Below are positions 51,396 through 63,987 of a DNA stretch of 64,000 bases, piece by piece; within the stretch, counting starts at the first letter, position 1; every line of letters starts with the position of its first letter. Origin of the DNA: Gnetum montanum (lineage: Eukaryota > Plantae > Gnetophyta); the NCBI GenBank assembly GCA_015680685.1, contig MNCI01001083.1:591158-655157 (forward strand), written 5' to 3'. Below the pieces are notes generated by a model that saw nothing but the letters and a program-made list of their open reading frames with translations, did not search any database and was not told the origin of the DNA. The position numbers and the translations under genes were made by a program.

Positions 51396-51886
51396 TGTGA
51401 CATCTTGTTCCTAGATGTTGTTAAAACATGATTGTTCACTACTTAAATCATTATAATCATGAGTGTTATAATGGAAATATAATAAAATAACTTGGTACTA
51501 ATGCACTAAATTTAATAGAAAAGAAAATAGAGGAAAAAAATTTTATTATTGAAAATGGTACATTGTAACGTCATTTGGGTTATCTTCCCATGCCACTTAG
51601 GCCTTAGAGGCAATCCAACACTACCACCATAGCTAGTTTATCTAGTTGAAGGGGTGATTAGTTCCTTCTTGTCTCACTTCATCTAGATCCTATCACTTGC
51701 CATTTTTAGATCCACAATTACATGTTGGCATGACCTCTAAGCTTGATCTTAAATTGCATAGGTTAAACCATTTCTAGAGGGATACATGAATAATTGTGAC
51801 TCCTCATAATAAGACACCCCTTCATTCGAAGGTTGATTATGTTGTTATAATATAATTCCACCCTTTATAAGGGATGAGACATTACA
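51396..51886 (-). repeat. 5' LTR of chromovirus B2
   Basis: TGTGACATC...CATTACA, adjacent to the decayed Met PBS (GCTTCAATAGTA). Confidence 0.9.
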
Positions 51887-51928
51887 TGGTAACTTATTCA
51901 ACCCCCTTCTAAGTTCTCAATCCTCAAG

Positions 51929-51940
51929 TGGTATAAGAGC
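51929..51940 (+). promoter_or_regulatory. PBS tRNA-iMet of SIRE-like element S
   Basis: TGGTATAAGAGC, 2 bp after the LTR end CCTCA (51926). Confidence 0.8.
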
Positions 51941-51982
51941 ATGGTACTCTCAAGTTCATGCTTTAAATTTCAAGAGTCAACT

Positions 51983-53590
51983 ATGAAGGAGACGTCTTAC
52001 AAAAAGCCATCAATTTTTGATGGGTTTGAATTTTCATATTGCAAGGAAAGAATGCAAGGATTCTTTGAATCAATGGAATTCAAAGTGTGGGAATTAATTA
52101 TTGAAGGCTACACACTACCCATTGACAGCACCACAAAAGCTCTTAAGCCATGAATCAAATGGACTTCTAAAGAAACAGATAAGTTCAGGTATGAGTTAAA
52201 AGAAAAAAATTATTTATATTGTGCATTAAATAAATCTAATTTTAATAGAATAGCTAGGTGTAAAATTGCTAAGGAAATATAAAAAAAATTAAAGACAATT
52301 TATGAGGACACTTCTATAGTTAAATAATCAAAACTTTTAGTATTGCAAAGTGAATATGACATGCTTAAGATGAAGGAAGGAGAAAAGATAAAGGATTACT
52401 TCTCTAGGGAAAATGATCTTTTCGTAGCAATTAGAGGGATGGGCAAGGACTTGCCAAAAAGTGATGTAATTATAGAAATGATTAGAACATTATAGCCCAA
52501 ATTCATATTGAAATTCACTACCATGGAAGATATTAAAGACTTTTTAGTGCTAAAATTTGATGAACTTCAAAGTGCTCTCATTGCTTATGAGATGAATCTC
52601 ATAAGTGAAGCAGTAATAAAAGAAAAGCCCATTGCCCTTAAATTTGCATCAAAGGAGAAGGAGCCATTTGAACAAGAAAAAAAAAGTGAAGATGAACTAG
52701 CTCTTTTATCATGGAGATTCCAAATACCTCTTGCAAGGAAAGGATGAAGCTTTAATCAACTAGGTCCCAATCAATCCAAAGGTAAAGAGAAAGGTAAGAA
52801 TTTTACAAATTCAAATTTTGATGTATTTTCTATATAATGTTGGATGTGTGGTGGAAGAGGGCATGTGACCTTCACATGTCTTAGTATGAGAAGGTTGTAA
52901 CAAAAAGATTAAAATGAAGTTGATTTGAAAAAGAAAAACTTGAACACTAGTTAGGATGATGGACAACAAATTGAGGAAGAGGTAGATAATGCTACAAAGG
53001 ACTTACATCTCATATGCATGACCCTCACAGATGAAGATTCTATAGAAGTCTTTAATGAATCAAGAGGTAAAAATGATGAAAGATATAGTGAACTACATGA
53101 AGAAATCATTATTTTGCATTATCTACTTAGAAAGGTAAAGTAAAACATGTAGACAAAGATCTTTAAACTTTATGCTTTATTCTCGAAGTTAAAAAGGAAA
53201 CTCTCATATGTTAAAGATGAGGTTCAAATAGTAACCCATTTGGATGAGAAGAAATGTAGGAATACACAAGAAGAAAGGATCAACAAAAATGAGAAGAAGC
53301 ACCAAAATAAACGTATATGTGAAAAATTAGAGAAAACCTCTCAAAAGAATGCTTGTACTAGTTCATTTTCAAAGAAAATCAGGTTTGATTATCCTATTCA
53401 ATTTAGAGATAACTTATATTCTTACTGTAAAAAATGTGATCATGAAAAAGATTATTATTATTATACTCATTTAGAGATACCTAATATTGTGAATACTTGG
53501 TCTTATCAAAAGGAATCTAATAAGTGTATCTTGCAGGGTACAATAGCTTGGAAACCAAATGAGCAAGAATGTGGAGTCCTCACATCTTAA
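51983..53590 (+). pseudogene. Copia-type gag (DUF4219/UBN2-like plus CCHC knuckle) of element S
   Basis: KKPSIFDGFEFSYCKERMQGFF..KVWELIIEGY; LKFDELQSALIAYEM; CWMCGGRGHVTFTC at ~52838-52880. Many stops. Confidence 0.85.
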
Positions 53591-55625
53591 AGAACATAAA
53601 TGTGACAAATAAGGAATTTTATATGAGTTTGAGGACACATAAAAAGTGCTAATAAAATAATATTGCATGGTAAGTAGATACTCTATGATGGGGGATCTCA
53701 TCTCAAACTCCATTAGTCATATTCATATCATGAAGAAAGTAAGTAATGGTAAATTTTTAGTACCTTGCTTACTAGACTTAGTATAGATTAGTTTTTGTTT
53801 TAAATTTTTTGGGATAAAATATTTTTTTTTTAAAAAAATAGATCTTCTATGAATACTTTAGCTATCAAAGAAAATATAACCTGATCATCCAAGATGTTGA
53901 GCTGTAGAAAAATATTTCAATGTAAGATCAAGTAAGATTATTAAAGCCATATCTTATGATCTACATTATCTATTGGAATATAAAGCCGTAATAAAAGTCC
54001 AAACTATTTTTTAAAAAAATTTTCTTTCTATTCATTTGGTTTGGAACCTTTATGCAAATGAGTTATGATTAAAGAAACTCTGTATTTAAGATCCAAAGGA
54101 AAATTATTCCATCTATGTTAAAAGTTTTTATTCTATCTTTTATCATAAGATACTACTAACATGAGACTTTGGTTTGTAAAAATTCTCCATACTTGATCTT
54201 AGTGTTGCATTGCATATTGGTTGATATTTATTAGTGAGATTCAAAGGAGCATCTCTACAAAGGCAAAGTGAGACATGAATGGATGTTTAAGCAATTTGTT
54301 GATGTTGTTATGATTTTTGCCTACTGATTTCTAAAAATAAGTTCATTACTATAAGCATTAAAATATTATGATCAAATAGCATGAATATCTTAAAAGGTTT
54401 ACGGTGAGATTACCACTTTCTCTAAAATAGATGAATTAAGAAGTTGGGACACATATGTAGGAGGAGCTTGCACCTCATCAATGATCATTATCTTTTTCAA
54501 CACTAGTGAAGGGGGAATCTTTGAAGAATATCATTAAAAGAAACTCAAGTTATAAGTCCTTCCACTCTAGCATCCACAACAACAAATGAGTAAGAAAGAA
54601 GTATGTTATACTTGGTAAAGAATCTAAGGTACCTATGTGTGCCTACTTTTTCAAATTACTTTTTGACCTTTTACCCTAAGATGGATTTCTTTGTGAGACT
54701 TTTTGAAATTGACATTTATTTCATGAGCATATTATTAAGGATATACTTTGTGCTTAACTTCTGATTCTATCATTTTAATTTTTGGATAAAGAAATGCATG
54801 TTGTTTTTGAAATTCTTACCTAAGAAAACTCAAGCACTTTCAATGGTACATGTAGCAAGAGAAGGATATCATGGAAATTATGATCAATATATTATTAAAC
54901 AAGTCACCTTGAAATTTATTTATGATTTTAACATGGCCATATTAATTTTTTGTATGGACATCCTTGTGATTTGATCTAAATTACTTTTTGATCTTCTACA
55001 ATATCTAGCATGATCATTCTTGTGCATATAAATCTTTGAACTTGAAATGTTTAAACGTTGTTTATGTATACTCTCCTTAAAATGACATTTCTTTGTCCTA
55101 TCCTTTTTATGTTCCAAAGAGAGGGTAATGTTGACAAGGTCTCTAAAATTTTTACTTAACAATCACATCTAATGGAGACTATTTGTTTAGATTTGGTTTT
55201 ACAGTGATTATTTTTTAGGCCCAACTTTCCTTTTGATGATGTCCAAAAAGGGGAAAGAATTTTGTGAATATTGTGATGTGATTTTATGGGCATATGAAAA
55301 TTATGTATAAGGTAGTTATAAATATATCGTTACATAGTGATGCTTTCTATATAGTAGATGGTATACATAGTAGACAGACAACTTGTGCATATATATTAGG
55401 GACAAGTCCTAAATGGCTATCTTATAAAGTCATAAGGCTTTAATTATACGTATTTGTGTTTAATGATAATGTGCTATATAACATTCACCTTAGCCTTATG
55501 AAACCTTTACTGAAGGATGCATACTCTTTAATAACTAATCATCTCTGTATTATCCTTACCTTAAACATTTTGGGATATACTAACTCATTTTCTTAAGTTT
55601 TGGACATCACTAGAAAGGGGGAGAT

Positions 55626-56670
55626 TGTTGACCTTTTGGTTTGTCCAAATGTTAGAGAAAATGAAGAATGTAGAATGTATATGTGTGATTGTGATCTTGC
55701 AAGACCATAAGAGAGTTAATTAATAAGGGACTTCAAATTGAGAGACAAGACTTTAAGAACATGAGCTACCATGATGAAATGAAGTCTAAAAAGGATAAGA
55801 TAAGAACATGGATGTTAAAAATGTTTTGAGGACTATCAAGAAGCCCAAGGATCAAAGAAATGCTTCATATTTTAAAGTGTTTCTAGAAAGTAGACATCTT
55901 TCTGAAATAGTAGAAATCTATCTTGCATAGTAGACGTCTATAGGAAGACATCTCTCTTGCATTTGGAACTATTCTTTAGATGTATAATCTTCGAAGTAGA
56001 TGTAATGTACTAGCCATTTGATAGCCATTGCATGAACTTAGAGGAGTTTTAGAAAACTTCAAGTGTATAAGACAAAGTGAAAATCTTGGAAATTATGCAA
56101 ACACTATTCATTGAAAGATTTATTATTGGCTACTCTAGAGAATTTTTCATTGTTCTTCATTGTATCATCATTTGCTTGTATTGATTGTATGCAGCTTCAA
56201 GTGTAAGGGATTTGTAAACCAAGTTACACTCCTTCCATGTTCTTTCTCTTTATTTCTTGTAGCCCTGTGGGGTTGATGTGCTTCTTATGAGAAGACATCT
56301 TCATTGAGCTTGTTGGGACCCTACAAGGTTAAGTGGCTTTATGATAACGAAACACGCCAATCTAGAGCTCATGTTTGTAAAGGTTATGGGATCCTCTAAA
56401 CCACATTTTAAGCTTGTTAGGATCCTGTGGGGTTGAGTGGTTTTGCAACAATGAAACACTTTGAAGTAGAGCTAAGAGCTTATAAAGGGTGTGGTACCCT
56501 TCAAACCACATTTTGAAGAAACAAAGTGTGGAGGTGTGCATGGATTTTACCCTCTAAGTATGAATGTACCCAAGTTGGGGAACCACATAAAATTTGTGTT
56601 TATTTTTGCTAGCTCTAGCATTTTGAATTAGGGAACTTAGTCAATTCCCCTTCTAAGTTCTTGATCATCA
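55626..56670 (+). repeat. 3' LTR of SIRE-like element S (~1045 bp)
   Basis: Starts TGTTG after the PPT AGAAAGGGGGAGAT. Contains two ~104-bp tandem units (~56306-56514) and AGACGTCT-type palindromes at 55890-55990. Confidence 0.8.
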
Positions 56671-56930
56671 AGTTTTTGTGAAATGCATCAATACAGAAGC
56701 GACGGTTTGATTGCCAAGTGGAATGGAAAGCGTTTAGAGAAGGCGAGTTGGTATTATTATAGAAAATTAACAAGAGCAGCAAACATATAAAATTTTTAGT
56801 TAAATTAACTGGGCCATTAATGATTAGATAGTAAGTAGTAGATAACACGTTCAAGCTAGCTACATTTTATCAATAAGTATTAAGTTATTCATTTAATGTT
56901 CTCCATGTGAAGCATTATTTTAGGCAACTG
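56671..56930 (+). pseudogene. Ty3/gypsy integrase C-terminal (GPY/F) fragment, probable continuation of 6360-6640
   Basis: IQKRRFDCQVEWKAFREGELVLL...KFLVKLTGPLMI...NTFKLA...FNVLHVKHYF, on the same strand and starting right after the SIRE-like 3' LTR. Confidence 0.7.
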
Positions 56931-58449
56931 CCCACTTGAAATAGCTTAATTAAGATTGACCAAAATGTAAATATGTACATAGTATCTTGTAACTAATTTT
57001 CTTAGGACTAAGTAGGAATAAAAAAGTTGAGTTATAAATTCTATAGGTTGGTTGATTCACCAACAGTCATGGTTGGAAATGCAAGGCCCATAGTTAGAAG
57101 GAGATTTTTCCCAAAACTAAGGGAAAAAATGAAAGCAAGGTCTTCATTTGGTATCTATTTGTGTGCTATCTTGAAGATGTTTATAGAGTATATTACATTA
57201 GAAGGTAAAGGAGAATCAAGCTATTTTTGTTCAAATTAAAGATAGAACTCAAGAATTAGTTAGAGTGGTTACAAGGAAACAAGACATATTGATATAATAC
57301 AAAAAAATATTTCTTAGAAAATATGATGATATCATTTGTAAGAATAATGAAAGAAACTAATAAAAAGAAATTAGAGTTGGAATAGACTTGTTGAACTATA
57401 GGAGTTGCATTGAATGAGTTAATTAATTTACTAACTAGATTAGATGTTGGTAAAATAGGAGTTGAAGATGTTAATTAGAAAGGTGATAACATCGAGATAG
57501 CTACATTGAATCAAGCCATAAAAAATTTACTCAATCATGGGAATTTAGTTCAATCATTACCAATAGAAGGACTCTAGATCCAAAACATGAAGAAAGATTA
57601 TTAGGAAGTTAAACAACTATTTAATAACTTGTATATAAGGAAAAAGTAAGGCTAAATAAGCCATGATGATGTAACTACAAAAAGCTACTATATAAAGCTT
57701 TGAATAGTTTTGTAAAGGTGGAAAGAATAGGAGAGAAAGAAGCATTTCTTTGGTAAAGGCTATTTCTATAATGACTTTCTAAATAAGTTCATCTTATCTC
57801 TTTTGGTTTTTCTCTTAATTTTTATTAGAATTAAAGAACTTTATGTACTTTTGAGCTTAAACTATGCATATGCTACATTTAAGTGAATGATAGGTTTTGT
57901 ATAAGTTATTTTCTCTAGAAGCTAAGATTTAACTTATTCTTGTTATTCTGATTGAATGGGATAGCTTCTGTAAGTATGAATTCTAAATAAGTTTAGCATA
58001 GAATTAATATCATATTTTATGTAATTTTGATCTTCACGAATGATTTTTCTATCTTAGATTCTTACTCTATTTAGCAAAAATTTTATGAAATTTAGTTTTA
58101 GGAGGTTTGTTGATAGATAGCTCAAAATGAAAGAATGACATATTCTATAAAAATATTTTATTCACTGTAGTAGTTATGTAGAATTTAGAATTATATGAGT
58201 AGAAAACTATTAATTTTCATATGTTGAGGGATAACTAAAAGGAGAAGCTAATAGTTATATACAAGATAACACTTTCTTTAAAGTATTTTATCATAATACA
58301 GATTTAGCCATAATTAGCTTATTTAAACTAGTAAAAGCTATTTGAGGATATCCATGCCTTGATAGAACTAGAGGCCACCAACCACCTAAAATGAGTTATC
58401 TAGATTGTTCCTAGAGTGAGGTTGTAATCCTACTCCAACAAAAGAACTA

Positions 58450-61400
58450 AAGATGAATAGATAATTAAATTTGTTAAAAGTGTGGAAATCATAGTTTTTG
58501 GATTAAAGTTAAAAGATGTTTGCCAATATATATAGATTTTCATGACTATTATTTTAGAGTTCTAATTAAAAAATAAAGGTTTAAGTGTTAAATTTGAGAA
58601 AAAAAAACATGACACATCATATTGTATGATACATTATGATAGTGGTACTATGACTTATGAATTAGCATGTAATGATATCTTTAAGTTTGTGGATCATCAA
58701 GTTAGAAGATTGCATATTGTTAAAAATAAAGGTTCATTGAGAAAATGGCATTTCAGACTTGGAAATGTTAATACAAAAAAATATAACAAAAATGCATTAG
58801 TTTTACTATGAGATTCTCATGTTTAATGAAAAGAAGATACTTGATTATGCCTCTTGTAAGTTTGGGAAGATGCACCATTTGCCATTTACAAGACATTGTG
58901 AAATTAAGATAATAAGACTACTTGAGATAATACATTCAAATGTACATGCATATTTTTTATTGCAAGGAATAATAAATGAAAAGTACTTTATTATTTTTGT
59001 TGAATGATGTGGCTTTATGGAATGGTCCTAAAGTTTCAAGTCTTGGAAAAGTTCAAACATTTTAAAATGAGGACTAAAAATAAAAAGAATGTTACGATCT
59101 GTATGTTAAGATTTGATACTGGTGGGGGATATGTTTTGAATAAATTCAAATAGTATTATGATAAGTGAGGTTTAAAAAAAGAATTCATGGTGTCATATAC
59201 ATCATAGCAAAATGGAGTTGTAGAAAAAAAATAAAAATAATAACAGAAATGATAAGATGCATGTTAAATAATACTCAAGTGCTAAAATCATTTTGAATAG
59301 AAGCTGCATATTATGCTATTTACATTATTAATATAATTTTAACTACATATTTGAATGACATCCCTCTAATTGAATAATGGTATGGAAATAGGGAATCATC
59401 AATATCACATCTTCATCCATTTGAAGAAACTTATTATGTTCATGTCTCACAAGCACACTAGACCCTAGAGCCATGATACGTTTGCTACTTTATTACTCAT
59501 TAGACTACAAAGCCTAATGAGTATGGAGCATAAAGGATCACAAGTTGGTGGAGTTACATGATGTTTTATTTGCAAACATCTTTAATAAATCTAGTAGCAT
59601 CATAAATCATGGTGCCATTGATAATAACATGGTTATCCCCAACAAAGCTAATACTAACTTACAATCAATTGTGACTCTTTATAAAGATAGTGATGATGAA
59701 GTTGGTGCAACTAAGACTTCTAATTCTTTAGAATCCTTAGCACCATGGCAACCATAGTGGTTTAAGAGTCACTTAAAATATTTGAGACTGATACAGTTGA
59801 AACATATTAATGTAATATTGATGAAATTATTATGAAGTAGAAAAATATTTATAACTAAAGATCATTTGTGATGCGATTGAATCATATATGATATTTAAAG
59901 TTGGAGAATACATGAGTGTGTAATAAATAATGCAAAATAAATATTGGTATGAAGTAATGAATGGAGATTGAAAAAATGTTAATGAAGAACGACATATGAG
60001 AATTAGTCAATAGTTCACTATAGTTCAAAGTATTAATGTGTAAAAGGTTGATAACATAGTGGATAAGTACAAATATTGATTGGTTATAAGAGGTTTTGAA
60101 CATAGGAAATACATTTATTATTAAGAAACCTTTACATCCATCATGAAACAACAAATTATATAGTGTATTTTTTCTTTGGCAACATCATATGGCTGGAAAC
60201 TATATTATCTTGATAACTAGTGTAGTGGTACCTCTTTCAATCACCTTATTCTTCCATGCATGTGAGTTTTGTATGTTTTGATCTTTGTGAAGATATCTTG
60301 AAGGTTAAGGAGATGCCTTGGATGGGAGTGAAGTCTTCACAAAAGGCATTTTTAGTTTGGTAGGAGAAGTTTGGGAAATAGAGGAGACACCTTACCTATA
60401 GAAGAGACATCTTGGGGGAGATATCTTGCCTATAGAGAAGACATCTTGAACAAGATGTCTTACCAATAGTGGATATATCTTGGACAAAAAGTCTTGTGCT
60501 ACATGAGATGTCTTATCTATGGAGGAGAATCCTCTCAAAACTATAGATGTCTTGTTCAAAACTGATGCTTTTGTAGAAGAAAACTTGAGAAGACCAGAGA
60601 TGATCCATATAGTTAGGAAACTTTCAGATTTGGCGATTCCAAGTTGAAAAATAATCAAGAGATGGGAAAAAAGATAGTAAAAACATGGGAGCCCTATGTT
60701 GAGACTATGGAAGGTTTTCCTAGGTTTTTATGTTATTTTTCTTAGTAAATACATTGGTGTTTCATGCTTGAAAAATAGATATAATAGAAAGAGTGAGGAG
60801 GGCTTGGAAAGAGTGTGATAGAGCATATTGAGTGAGTTTAGGAATGGTTGTGGGTTTAGGGTCAATGTGTGTAAATTAGTCTATTTGTTCTTATCTCTTG
60901 TTTACTTCTCTGTATTGAATCTTCGTCCCTAGTTATGAAAGATGTTTTTCTTCAGTTGTGTCTTACATTAAGAACAACCATTGAGTGATTGTAAAGCCTC
61001 ATGTTTTGCAATATCATTTGAGTGTTTTGAGAGGTTTTTGATGTTTTTTGGGTTTTTGGAACCTTGTTGTAATCTTATAATTAAATAATTGAAGATAGTT
61101 AGTTTTCTTATTTTCTAGCAAATCATTTATCTTTTAATAATATGTGGATTTAGTATTTGAAGGTGATTTAATATTGGAGTGAAATTACTTCAATGAAAAA
61201 TTTTCCTTTTTAAATGAAGATTTGTAAGAAGAAAATTTTATGTACCATCTTAAAGGATTTATGAATTCTAAGTTTAGTAATTATGTCTACAAACTAAAAA
61301 AATCCGTGTATGGATTAAAGCTAGCTCCTTGCAAATGGTATATAATATTTGATGAATTTGTACATGAAATGGGATTGAAATAATCAAATACAAATTTTAA

Positions 61401-62360
61401 TATTTATGTTATGAAAATAAAGGACTCAAGGAGAAGTGTAATCATTAGGGAGAATGCTTAATTAATAAATCATGGTAAAAATTAGTTAAAAATGAAGTTT
61501 GAAATGTTGGACTTTAGGCTGATCAAATACATTATTTGTTTTAAGATTTATTAGTTAATGGGCCACATATGAGTTATACAAAAGAAATACATTTTGAATT
61601 TGTTTGAAGAATATTTTATGTTGAACTATAAATCTTAATCAACACTAGTGGATTCTAATGCTTCACTATGTGTAGATGACTCCAAATATATTTCTGGTCT
61701 CACATTATATTGGAAGTTTATTAGGAAGTTAATTTATTTAACTAATACTTGACTAGATATTTTATATTTTGTTAATGTATTATCACATTTTAATAAAAAA
61801 CAAAGTAATATACAATTCAATTTGGCCTAGGGTATATCAAGATATGTGAGGGGCATAGTTAATTTTTATTTATGCAATGATTATCCTTCAAAGTTTGATT
61901 TGGAAGGTTATACTGATGTAGATTGTGATGGTGATACTTCATCATGATGTTTGACTATAGGATTTTTGATTAAGAATCATAGGAATATAATCTCATGATT
62001 GTTAACAAAATAAAAAGTAGTTTCCTTATCTTCTACAGAATTAAAATACAAGGTTGCAATGAATCAAGTTACTAAATTGAAGTGTCTCCATAAATTTAAA
62101 GAACTCAAAGAGGATATTATGTTACTAATAACTATTCATTGTGATAACTAAAGTATCCTCAAGTTTAATAAAAATCTAATGTTTCCTGAAGAACCAAACA
62201 TGTAGAAATTATAGTGCATCATATTTAACATGCTTTTGCCAAAGGGTTAATCTTGCCTACCTATAGCAACACCAAAGATCAACTTTTTGATGCTTTTATT
62301 AAGACATTAACTATTAAAAATTTCAATACTTTTATAAATGAATTGAATCTATGATTATTG
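58450..62360 (+). pseudogene. Highly decayed Ty1/copia pol (GAG-pre-integrase, integrase, RT, RNase H), interrupted at ~60218-61192
   Basis: KWHFRLGNVN; CKFGKMHHLPF..LLEIIHSNV; LRFDTGGG; *QNGVVE; RT WKLYYLD|..FLNEDL*EE..KLKKSVYGLKLAPCKWY; RH LEGYTDVD..VSLSSTE..IHCDN..TKHVEI. INT precedes RT, as in Copia. Confidence 0.9.
60218..61192. mobile_element. Probable solo LTR inserted in the Copia RT
   Basis: ~975 bp of non-coding sequence splits the conserved LD-x-K..FLN motif. TGTAGT...ACTTCA termini, repeated AGAYRTCT palindromes, TATA-like site ~60745. TSD not cleanly resolved. Confidence 0.6.
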
Positions 62361-62637
62361 TAGATTAAATATAATGTTTTTTTTGCATATTATATATATT
62401 AATTCTTGTATCAAAAATCTTCATTATGTTTTATATTAATGCTTTATCTATTTCACCATTGTACACCTTGTATTTTATGTTTTAGCACCATCATAGTGCT
62501 ACATTATTTTTGTTTATCTAACTAATTGTTATTAATTTCCTTGTTGGTACTTTGTCATAACTATTACTAGCACTTATAGTTGGTCATTTTATTAGATGCA
62601 ACATTTCATATATCTTAAATATTAAGGTAGAGGCATT

Positions 62638-63987
62638 TGATGTGTGTCTTACTCCTCTTCTCTCAGAGATCGAGATTGTTTGAGTTGCTCATCATTGATC
62701 CTGTAAACTTCACACAAATAATAGAGACTCTAGCTAATCTACCATGGATAGTAAATGATTCAAGAAAAAAATGAATAGAAATTAAGAGCCCTATTGGACA
62801 ACCTCAACATAAGAAACTTGCAACTTTGGGAAAGTAGCATTAAAAGCAATCGATGTAAGAAGAACCATCACTACTAGGCATCACATGAAGATCTGCACCA
62901 AACATTTAGAAGATCCTATGGGATTTTTGATTTTTTGTCATATTTCTAGATGATTTTTTTGCTGTTTTTTTACTCACTCAATTGTATGATGCTATGTAGC
63001 ACTTGATTTGAGTTAGTCAGTTAGCTGATTATTTGATTATTTGTTAAGCTAGATAGTTCTATCACCTTCACTATTTTGTAATAAAATTTGTTGCACTTTT
63101 ATTTAACTTGAGAATGAGTTTTTAATTAATCATAGAGTTATGATGAATAATTTACTAGTCAAGAATGATATTGTATGCCTACCTATGATGTAATTAATAT
63201 GACGTATTTGAGCTCAATTATGCCTATAAATTCTAGTTACCTGTCATACCAAATAAACCTTTTTGTTTATTCTTACTCATACTTTTTGTAGTTTTATTTC
63301 ATGAAGTCATAGTTAGTTTTTGAGTACTCAAAGTAGAATCATAAATAGTTGTACAACATATTTATTTGAGTAAAGTGTATTTCTGTAACATATTTATTTA
63401 GAAACATAAATAGATTGTTTATGATTTTTCTAGCATATTACTTAGAATAGTTTTACTTTTACTTTTTATTTACTTTACAATGTTATTTACTTTTCCTATG
63501 CAATTTACATTTTCATTGTATGTTAGTAATTTGAAGGAATAACTATGATTGGTTTCAAGTATAACATATAATCATCTAGTAATCCAGAAGTAACTTTGTT
63601 TGATTTGCCTAGGAACAAGTTTCTTGGTAATCCTAGTGATGGTTATACTAGCCAAGACATGTATGGTAAGCTAGGATCAAATACTTACCATTGTAGGCTA
63701 GACTAGCATTTATTTTTGTTATCTCTTAGTTAATTAATATAATATTCAATCTATAATGTTTTACCTCTATATCATTTGAGCTAAACAACATCATTGTATC
63801 ATATACCTTACTATAAGTTGAACCATATACTTTGAGAATCACTAAATCTAGTAAGAAGATAGTGATCAATGATCTTTATATTAACTAGCTACAACACATG
63901 TTTTCCCATTCATAGATTATGATCTAGTCATGTTCATATGCTTGTAACTTGTCTAGTTGGGCACTAGGTATCCTCATCCATTCATCA
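62638..63987 (+). repeat. Diverged LTR of the A/D Athila-type family
   Basis: 63220-63987 is homologous to the D LTR (CCTATAAAT, TTTATTTGAG, TTGGTAATCCTAG, terminal GTTGGGCA..CATTCATCA). The left end at TGATG (62638) is tentative and no matching TSD was found. Confidence 0.65.

Larger units (their letters stand above)
6917..51886 (-). mobile_element. Full-length degenerate chromovirus (Ty3/gypsy, chromodomain integrase), copy B2, containing nested element C
   Basis: LTRs 51396-51886 (5') and 6917-7395 (3'); decayed PBS ~51382-51393; PPT AAGGGGTTTAGAA (minus, 7396-7408). Degenerate TSD GGGCA/TGGTA, with flanks rejoining into one SIRE-like LTR. gag-PR-RT-RH-INT-CHD order. Confidence 0.9.
6641..56670 (+). 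mobile_element. Non-autonomous (gag-only) SIRE-like Ty1/copia element (S), split by the 45-kb nested chromovirus
   Basis: 5' LTR remnant 6641-6916 joined to 51892-51926 matches the 3' LTR end at 56360-56670. C-rich ATTCAACCCCCTTCT signal, PBS TGGTATAAGAGC, Copia gag, several PPT-like tracts, 3' LTR TGTTG...CATCA. Confidence 0.8.
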
